64,000 bases of DNA. Origin: Pocillopora damicornis. Its lineage: Eukaryota. Positions 48,601 to 57,300 of the stretch are shown piece after piece. A program made the position numbers and the translations under genes. The stretch is taken from assembly GCF_003704095.1 (NCBI RefSeq), contig NW_020846280.1:248001-312000 (forward strand). The letters run 5' to 3'. The notes beneath the pieces are model-generated. The model saw only the letters and a program-made list of their open reading frames with translations, ran no database searches and was not told the origin of the DNA. Positions within the stretch are counted from its first letter, which is position 1, and every line of letters starts with the position of its first letter.

Positions 48601-51600
48601 TCTGTACTCACTGTAAAATTGCCGATATTCCTTAAGATTTCTCAATATTTACCTCTTTGTCACCAGGTTGGCCAACTTGTACCGATTGAAGATGTCACCA
48701 CTTGTCAAGTTCTCCCTGTTTAACACTTTGACAGGTATGCGAAACATTCATAATAACAACTGCGAATTGATCTTCACCGTTAGACTGCTATTAACTTCAC
48801 TGCAAAAAAGGGACGTCACAAAAATTTAGTTGATTAGTATAGTTGAGTGGAGTTGACGTCGTCTTTCTTTGTAGACGTGACAGAAGGAAGCCGTTTTTAC
48901 GAGAACATCTTTGTTTCGGGTGGTGCCTTGCTGGCCGATGACAACTTTCTGAAGACAATTCAACTTGGTGAGTCTATGGACAGTCTGCATCTGCATGCGA
49001 GAGGGGGGAAAGGAAGGTTGAGGGGGGTGAAAGAGTGAAAGGTGAGACGGTTTTGGGGGGGAGTGAGAGGGGGAAGAGGAGGGAGGGGTGAGCGGAGTGA
49101 AAGAGTGAAAGGTAAGATGGGGGGGTAGGGGATTGGGTGGGAGCGACAGGGTGAGGGGTTACATATAGATGCGGCACCTCTGAGGGATACTTATGTCCTC
49201 TGGCCCAGTCTTAAATGTTCACTTGTACCACAGTACAGTCCTGGTTTGAATTTCTTCAGCCCTGTGTTGATCGTGTTTCAGCAGCCGGAAGTTTCTCTCG
49301 CTCGCTGCCTGACTATTAAGCCGTATCGTTCTTGCTTTACTTTCGTCTCGTAGATCACCTTGATGCTCTGTTACGCTACCTAAAGGAACAAAGCCTAGTT
49401 CATCAGAAGTTCGTCTGGGTCTTGAACATCAGCCGAAATGGCTACAAGAAACTTTCTCTGAACAGGTGAGTCAGTTTTGGCTTCGTCAATTTTTTATCGT
49501 TATTCAGAAAACCTGTCATCGCGTTGGCTCCGCTCAATCCCTGCGTTTTTTTGTTTTTTGTTTTGGTTTAATTTGCTACAGGCCACTGACGAGAAGAGAC
49601 TCCAGAGTTCTGGTAAGTTCGCTCTTGGTTCAATTTAGTTCGCGTAGTCGGCGCTTTTGCATGCATTTTGAAGTGTTATGCTCCGCTTATCTTATAAGCC
49701 AATAAGCTCTCGCCAAACGGACAGATTAACCTCTGTTCTGGTTTTTTGTTTTGTTCGTTAGTTTTTTTTTTTATGTGTTGCTTGGCGTGCAGCTTCATTA
49801 TCAAAATAGCAAAAGGGTGCTAATGAGTTAATCGGTAACGTTCATCGTAGCTCGCCAAAAAACTTTACTCTCTCAATTTTGTAAAGACATGCGCGAGAGA
49901 TAATGCGGCGAGTGAGAGGTAATTCGCGTATAATTTCAAGGGCGTGGGATTTATCTTGATGTGTGCACTTGAATACACATCGATTCGAGACCTTACTTGG
50001 AATAGTTACATGACTGAAGAAGATATGTATAATTTGAAGATTTTATATTCTCCCCAACCCCCTGTCCCTTCCACTGTTAATTGAATTCAACGTGTTTCCC
50101 CTAGAATCTTCTACGCGATTACAAGAACGAAGGTTTTGTTACAGTTCTTCAAAAGGTGAGAGGATTTGCGGTTATCGTCGAAAGCTGCATATTCATTGGC
50201 AACATTCCCAGAAATTATGGAAAATTGTTGGAAACATTTGACGAGTTTCCCTTGAAACGTCCGATACCGATAGTATTTGAACAAGGATATTAGTAAACGG
50301 AAAGATCTTGTGAAATGCGACTTTGGCAAGTTTACCTTGAGAATTGTCGAAAAGAAATTTCGTTTTTTTGTTTTTGTTTTACGTAGCAGTCAACATGATT
50401 CGCCAAATAAAGCTCGCTTTTGTTCCTAACTACTACAGTGGGAATTTTGTTAAATTTGAATGCTGAACGTATCAATTTTTCGAACCAATTTGATTTCAAA
50501 ATGCTTTTGTTTTGTTCTTCTCGACCAGGGTTACGTAACAGAAGGCATTCCGTCTTCCCAGCGCTATTTACAGACCTCGCTCAAGCTACAAATTGAACTT
50601 GTGTCTGTCTACAGACACGTGATTCTGTTGTCAGGTGCGTCAGCAGAAATCTTTTGCCTATGATATTTTAAAGAAGGGTGTTATTCGTTTTTACGAGCGT
50701 GGTTCAAATAAAAAGTCATTGTCCTCCTTATCGAAATCGAAACCGAAATACCATCAGAAAATCCACACCATCCAGATTTTGCGCTCTGATGTTTAACCAC
50801 TGAGCAACAGCTATGGTAAGCCAGGCCAGTAGTACCGGTTTTGTACCTCTATCACGAATTTGAAAGATTCGAACCACCCAGACTCAAGCCGAACTGCAGC
50901 ACAGAACAATGAGAAGTGATTTGTATTTTCGTTGGATTTAAAGTTCGTGTTTATTTTTCCTCTAAGTATGCTCCAATGTTACGAGTACAAAAGAGGGAAT
51001 GTCCCTTCCTCAGCATGTAAAATAATGGCTTATCCTTGCATGTTTCGTTAAAATCAGTGTTTCTCTTGATCACAGATATGGACAAGAACAGAATGGAAGT
51101 ACCGTGGTTCTTTGAGCGAGGGGTGAGCTTATCAGCCAGTGCAGATTAAATTTTTCCTATTCTAAGGGGCCATGAGAATCTATTTTAGCTGTGCTCTTCC
51201 TTATTCGAAAGATATAATTTTTTCGTTTATTTCCTCTTTTAGATTGGGGTTATGAATGTTAAAGAGTTTTTGACGTCATTTGCGGGGTAAGGAGTTTGAA
51301 CAGACGCATACATACGCTCGCACGTGTGCATGCAATTACGCACGCATGTGCGTATGCTTCTACACGTGCACGTTTTCACATACGCATATACGCTCGTATA
51401 CTCATACGTTTATGCATGTAAAAGTAAATAACAGGATCTCGAAATTACTCCAAATATTTGGAAGCCGCTTTTTTAATACCAATCTTTTATTTTCTTTATT
51501 ATAGGGAAAGGGAAGCAACAAACCTGATCCTAAAACAGCCGAATCCTGAAAGTATGTGTAAGGAAACTACGGCAGTGGCATATTGTTCCACTCCCGAAGG

Positions 51601-51995
51601 TGCGTTAGCTTGTTGCAATACGCGCGTGCCAGCTGTTTGTCTCATTCTTTGCTTGTTGCAGTCACAACTACGATTTCGTTATTATCCAATGGGAATTGCA
51701 CACGTGTTTTCTGCTTCATTTCCTCTTTATAGATGAAACGTCTCTCCAAACTCCGCTGGGAACTCCAATGTCAGACTCCTCAACTGATTTTCCATATATG
51801 GAGACACAGGCTCGTGAACCACCGCGCTCGACTGGCACCCCCCGAAAGCGAGCCGTACGCTCGCGGAGCTGGGATGCAGGTTCCATGACCCACACTCGGC
51901 TCCAGATTCTCTCATGCGTGAGAACTGTGCGTGACAGTATTCGTAGTCAGATTAGTAATAGTACTCCTTCAAGTCCTGTAGGTCGGTCCATGTGA
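26126..51995 (+). CDS. TASOR: TASOR/FAM208-family protein (HUSH complex scaffold homologue): pseudo-PARP (DUF3715), SPOC, very large low-complexity region, DomII/PIN; about 35 exons, about 4,100 aa
   Basis: Exons: 26126-26339, 26523-26668, 26821-26916, 28143-28215, 28692-28783, 29233-29379, 30034-30168, 30247-30316, 30670-30802, 31199-31308, 31743-31849, 32315-32390, 32718-32789, 33816-38345, 38487-38789, ~39249-39440 (uncertain), 39527-40006, 40709-40788, 41149-41533, 42028-42202, 42542-42665, 42868-42982, 43947-47396, 47748-47857, 48188-48306, 48667-48734, 48875-48967, 49354-49465, 49582-49612, 50105-50155, 50529-50634, 51076-51122, 51243-51286, 51505-51599, 51733-51995. The motifs FVIPRK, ICENGLEVG..LGDPSMGVYLGRHAD, FKVIKGK, LEPTPNFDCHVS, QYYFYE..RPRHCLPYAV, VWTGKI, LHALLF, FVSGG and RHVILLS match human TASOR (recalled). 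The middle exons are less certain than the termini. Confidence 0.88.
26523..30168 (+). other. Exons encoding the TASOR pseudo-PARP (DUF3715) domain
   Basis: Spliced translation ...SYRDP...LVFNDQLSRE|YQDKKQSMRNEWRNSKELEDKHAFFYTVDREE|ARKICENGLEVGSTSLSCLGDPSM|GVYLGRHAD...FKVIK|GKVK...EPTPNFDCHVS...SQ|YYFYEF...RPRHCLPYAVI. Confidence 0.88.
28840..29050. mobile_element. TTAA-flanked MITE in a TASOR intron
   Basis: TTAATCCTTAAACTCCCA...TGGGAGTTAAAGGGTTAA, near-perfect TIRs. Confidence 0.78.
30670..32789 (+). other. Exons encoding the TASOR SPOC domain
   Basis: VVWTGKITNKDRLLADAQL...IKLPFE...FLHCELVP...LVKFFQEKNWAGIVK...IFLIP...LHALLFV follows the SPOC pattern (W-x-G start; AG-x-V, FLIP, LH-x-L). 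Confidence 0.8.
32889..33105. mobile_element. MITE copy
   Basis: AACCCTCTAACTCCC...ACATGTTTATCACTTCTGGAAGTTAAA; same subfamily as 1531-1742. Confidence 0.65.
33380..33530 (+). mobile_element. tRNA-derived SINE-like element
   Basis: Pol III A-box-like TAGTCCAGTGGT and B-box-like GGTTCTCGTCC at tRNA spacing. It is a GC/CpG-rich island in an AT-rich intron and lacks a canonical acceptor stem. Confidence 0.55.
37760..38080. other. Assembly gap (321 N) inside a Glu-rich tandem repeat of TASOR exon 14
   Basis: Flanked on both sides by GAAGGAGAT and E/G/V-rich codons; the gap length keeps the frame. Other gaps lie at 1838-1937 and 47438-47591. Confidence 0.95.
43066..43274. mobile_element. MITE copy
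   Basis: AACCTTTACACTCCCAAG...CTTGGGAGTGAAAGGGTTAA TIRs. Confidence 0.7.
45575..45630 (+). repeat. (GCT)n trinucleotide run encoding a poly-Ala/Gly tract
   Basis: GCTGGTGCTGCTGCT...GGTGCTGGTGCTGGT encodes TAGAAAAAAAAAAGAGAG. Confidence 0.9.
45970..46390 (+). repeat. Coding tandem duplication with a 195-bp (65-aa) period in a TASOR giant exon
   Basis: ISTRMESVQKSDRKHEETSDMEIDSD occurs twice, 195 nt apart (TCGACTCGT at 46052 and 46247). Confidence 0.93.
47748..51286 (+). other. Exons encoding the TASOR C-terminal DomII and PIN-like domains
   Basis: KFQFFVY..CEALK|NYMLRAGG..LKVFIR..HRLANLYRLKMSPLVKF..YENIFVSGGALLADD..LLRYLKE..WVL..LLRDYKNEGFV..LKLQ..RHVILLSD..GIGVMNVKEFL is colinear with the human TASOR C-terminus (recalled). 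Confidence 0.8.
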
Positions 51996-52812
51996 CGACA
52001 CGTGTAGACACCTTGTGTAAGAGGTGGGAAGGAAGGGTGGGGCTTCTTTTTCCTTTGCGTTCCAAGTCAATTTGCTTCTGTGACATCCTCCTCTCCGGAA
52101 GTTGTCCTTTCCATTTTCGTACTAAATTTTGTTTTAGATTGTTGCGTTCTACAACGTTTGTCAGGCGCCATAGTAGATTTAGAACTAAATGTTTAACCTT
52201 GGTTCCGCAGTGACTATAAGAAACTTCATTTTTAAATTTTTATTTAAGGGAGGGGGGGGTTGAAACAATTAATGTTATTTTAATATATACTTCTGTGTAC
52301 AGATTTTTGTACTCTCTCAGAGGAAAAGTTTATAATTTGTTTTGTAATGAAATGTGGAAATGTTTGTAAACCTTCCGAGAAATCTTGCAAAGATTCGGAA
52401 GCACTCGAGCGAAATTAATCGAAATAGCATTTAAACCTATCTAAACTCGATTACTTTGGCTTGAGTTCCACATTTTAAGTAAATTTTCGCTTGCTTCACT
52501 TTTGTTCAGCAAACGTTTTTAAAGGATTTTTACATCTTTGATTACCGAAGTTATGGTGGGTTGGCATAGTTACTAGTTTAAATTAAAATTTGTAAATAGA
52601 ATTATCCATGGTATAAATGTTTTGTTTTTTTTTGTCATATAAAGAAGAGATGTATTAAGTTTTCAGAGATTTAGCAAAGAGCGCGAATCTTAGCTGTTTA
52701 CTCAAGTGATTCCAAAGCCGCGCTAGCGTAGTTACAATCGCGCTACACTTCAAATTTGAGAATGACTTGATATTAATTTGAGGAGAGGGCTGATATTCTG
52801 GCCATGTAAAAA

Positions 52813-52850
52813 TTTATTTCAAATAAAGAGGCGTTTATTGTTGTTGTTTC
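52813..52850. terminator. Candidate bidirectional polyadenylation site between the convergent TASOR and dystroglycan genes
   Basis: AATAAA on + at 52822-52827 with a GT/T-rich tract downstream; AATAAA on - at 52813-52818 and 52834-52839. Confidence 0.4.
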
Positions 52851-54318
52851 TTTTCACATGAAGACCGTGTGTTTTATATTGGTCAAGCCGTTGTTGCCTC
52901 CCTCTCCACACCTTAAGGGTCCATCCTTTATCCATTCTTTTCCTCTCCCGGAGATGAGAGCTCGAATTTTTCCCTTCTTAACACTGCTTGTCCAGATTCG
53001 AAAGATTTCTCGTTTAGTTTTGACAAATACAGTCACTGAAACCTGTGTTGTTATCACTGCAAACCAACTTGAGCGCAAAACTCTCTTTAAGGAGTACATT
53101 TGAACAAGAAAATCACATGAAATATAAATCATGGCATATCTTCAAACGCCAGAAAACTTTTGTTATTACACTATGACAGGTAAGATTAGATTCAAACCGA
53201 GGTAAGCTAGTGAATTGAGCGCGCGAGATGTCAAGATAAGGGACGAAATTAAGGCTCGCTACCGTTAGAAAGGTAAAAAAAACCTCCATCGGTTGGCGTT
53301 AGTTTCTGCGGGGTCCTAGCGCCCAACAAGCAGTATTACTTGCAAACGGGGGAAGGAAGTATTGTATGCTGTTTTCTACATCAATACTAAGTAAGCTTCG
53401 CCTTACCCTCGTCCCCAGAACCCAAAGGTTCGCTCACCGTGGCACGATAAATCCCCCCAAGATCCTCCTGTCCACGAAAAGTGAGAAGCTCTGAGGTATA
53501 GAATATGGCCTCGGCTTAATGTTTCTCGACCTCGAATCAGTTGTCTTGGGCTTGCACTAAAACATCGAACGTGCGCTGAAAAACTGGACACTGTTGATGG
53601 TTTCACTAATTTTCATTTCTTTTTCAAGTCCTGGCTATCTTACAGCCGTATGAGCTAAGAACAAAAATTTGTACAAATTGACATATTATCTACTGCATCA
53701 AAGTTCTAAAAATTTTCGGCGCTATTATTTACAGAATGAGATTATCAGTGTTGCTTACACTTCTTTCAGATTCGTTCTTGTTGAAATGTTCAAATATCAA
53801 AATAAAACATTCACTGCCCATGGTTCATCTCATTTTCATTCTCAGCAAGAGAAGTAACTTGGCATTTTTTCACTGAAGTATCAGTTTGAATACCGATTAG
53901 TATCTTCAACATCCTGGTCGTGACTAAAAGTTTCGAAAACATAAAATTTGGATCGACGATAAATTTACAATTGTAAAAAAGATCTCAGAAATTCTCCTAA
54001 ATTTATGTAAAACTGAACTCTCGTTGAACATTTAAATCATAAGTTATTGAACTTAAAAATAGTTGTCCTTAAAATAAAAATTAAGATGTCCTTTTTCCCA
54101 CGCTAAATTCAGCTTTAACTGCAACAAACGTTTGAGATTTGACCCGTTAACCGCCTTATCTCGAAGTACCTCAGAGAAGTAGTTTTGCGCCTTTTTCTGT
54201 TCTAGAGAGCAGGTAGGACAAGATACGAGAGCAAATTAGCTGCAAAAGTTTGTGCCTAGTTTCAGAAGTCTGCTAAAAAAAACGCCAGTTTACTCGTGTC
54301 ATGTGGCAACTAAAATCT

Positions 54319-57300
54319 TCAAAACATTGGGGGTAGCTGGTAGGCCGGCGGAGGAGTGTTCCGAGGATCTTCGTCATCGAGGACTCCATAAAAAGGCGGG
54401 GGAGGCTCGTACCTAACACCAGGGCTACCTTTCCCATAATCCTCTTCGTCATCTTCATCGGAAGAAACAGGCTTATCAAGCGAGGTTTCCGAAATATATG
54501 ATGGCGGGAAACTCGGGGAATCATCCGGTAGAACAAGTGGTTTCCCAGGAATTGGTTTTAACTCAATCTCCGGTTCCAGAATGATGGGTTTGCGTTTCTT
54601 AAAGGTACGCTTCTCGTTAGAAGGTTTTGGTCTCCGTCTCCTACAGTACCAGATCAGTAGCACGGCCAGAACAATTAAAATAAGGACGATGAGCACACCA
54701 ACGAGAACATGCTTGTACCACAAGTCACCCTCTTCACTAGACGTTCGTGCGCCTGCGTCGATTGGTGCATTAGTTATGACGGGGTAAGATCCGTTACAAA
54801 CTCCCATTCGCTCCTCGTTCGCACTCACCACTGGAAAGCCTTTTAAAGCCCCCCTAAATTCCGTTCTTACTTCGCCATTGGAAAGTAGTATCTTATTCGC
54901 AACGTACTGTAATTTTTCCTCGTCGCATCTCTCTGTCGGTAACGAGTCATTCGTCCATGACATTATCACTGACCCCGCTTTGAAACTCAACACTCTTATG
55001 TTTGATTCATCCGCATCCTCATAATATGATGCGATCTTTTTCAACAGTAAAAGCCTCTGAGCTACGTTGCGGCTAAACTCGACAAACTCGTTTGTAATTC
55101 TGATGTTTAACTCTTGCACGACTGGATTTTCCGATGGAACAACCAAAACCTCAAAGGCGTCCAAGGCTTCAGCGCCGCGGCTATCTTGAGCATACACTAC
55201 CAGCACCTGACCCATAATCCCATCAGGTACATGCGTGTCTAGCGGTAATCCGTCGATAGTCTGGCTTTCACTGTCAAACTGTAACCAAAAGTCCTCCGGG
55301 ATCGATGAACCGTTCGCAAGTTTCATCGAAAGCGACAGGTTACGCGTGTCGGCGCCGTCCTCCCGATCATAAAAAGTATCTTCGGGTATGGTATAATGTA
55401 ATGCCACACCTGCGGGGGCTATCACCCGGCCCAAGTTGTTGATAACCTCGGGGGGTGAATTGGGCGGGGCAGTGGTTGGTATGACAACAGAGGTTGACGA
55501 TGGTGACACGCTAATTGTCCGAGTTGTGCCTGGCAGTGTTGCAGTCTGGGTCGAGTTGGATGGAGACAGAGATGAGCTACTTGGAAGCGGACCTAAAATG
55601 GAAGAAAAATGAAAAGAAAAGCCAGAATGGTTAGAAGAACGAGGGAAAATTACTGCACTATTAGGAACTAGCTTTGAGGACAGGGGGATTGTAGCTAAAA
55701 CCACAGTTTGGGAGATGCTAGTATGAAAACTTCCGGAACTTTGTCTTGGGGTGTCGATTATGTTGTTAGTTTTAATGGGGGTGGAAAGATATTGAGTGAC
55801 AAGAGAATCCGAGCGGAGGTTTTGTGAATTACCAACAGTGGAAAAATTTTCGCGAAATGAGGTGGGTGCGCGCGATAATGAAAACGAGGTAGTACTGACT
55901 AAGGTCCCGTATGAGATTAGAAATTTCACAGAGACAAAAGAGGAAAAGCTCATGGAAGAGTTGTCTGCACCAGACTTACGTGAAGAGAAAGAAGCCGCTG
56001 TAGGCGAGAGAGCCGGAATGCGGCTTCCAACGGAAGATTTATCTAATAAAGAGGATGGCGAGGATACTGTTTTGAGTGTCGTTAGTGTAAAAGATCTGTG
56101 CGGAGTACTTGTCTCAGCAACTAAGCTGGGCTTTGATGTAAGAGCGCCTTTCTCTGTGGTAGTGGTTGATGATGATGATAATGATGATGATGTGGCTGCT
56201 AATTTGGTTGATTTGGTCACAACTGTCAAGAATTTGGTGCTTGATGTTAAAATACTTGTAGATATAAAGGCTGTTAGACTCCTTAAAACCGACGACCGTA
56301 AGGTAGATGAGGTCATACTTCGTGAAGGTGGCACAAAGCTCTGATCCAAGGATTTTGTCACGTTAACTATCGACCTCGCCGACGACATTTTCTGAGTTCC
56401 TGACGATGATTTTGAAATAAGTGTCGCGACAGCGAACTCTGTTTGCATAGTAACAGAGGACGTTCGATCAAGTGTCACACCTGATGTCATGAGAGATGTC
56501 ACGCTACTCACTATCCGTGACCCGGCAGTATCGGTCACGCTACTTTTCCTTGTCGATGATTTTGAAACAAGTGTCGTGACAGCGAACTCTGTTTGCATAG
56601 TAACAGAAGACGTCCGATCAAGTGTCACACCTGATGTCATGAGAGATGTCACGCTACTGACTATCCGTGAGGCGGCACTATCGGTCACACTACTTTTCTT
56701 TGCCATCGATTCGAACCTTGATGACGAAAATGTTGGAATCCTTGAAGATGCTGCTATTTCCACGGTCGATTGCGTGATTCTGATCCCTGAATCAGTGATG
56801 ACCGGCGTTCGAGTGCTAGTTTTACTGCTCTGAATCAACTTTAAAGTAGTTATTTGCGTGATAGATGAAGTTTTCACTGTGTCCGAGAAAGTAATTCTAG
56901 ATTTTATCGACGATCCAATAAACTTGGAAGGTGTGACTACAAATATGCTACTCTGAAGAATGCTGAATCGCGTGACAGATGTAGCATTACTCTGCGTGAC
57001 AGGTGTCACATAACTATGTGTAACAGCTGTCAGATTAACTTGCGTGACAGAAGTGCTGTTAATTTGTGCTGATGAAAACTTAGTAGTGGTCATTCGAGAT
57101 CCAACCATTGAGTAACTGGGTGTAAAGGACGAGTTCACTATCACTTCAGTGCTTCTCAGAGTCTTTTTCGTTGTATTGTGTGACGCGAAAGAGGGTGAAC
57201 CTTGGAGAGGAAACAAGGTAACATTACAAAGTGTCACGCAAGAAACATTTGGTGACTTGAAGTGAATTGCTCTGGCCGGTAAGCGCCCGGAGAACTCATC

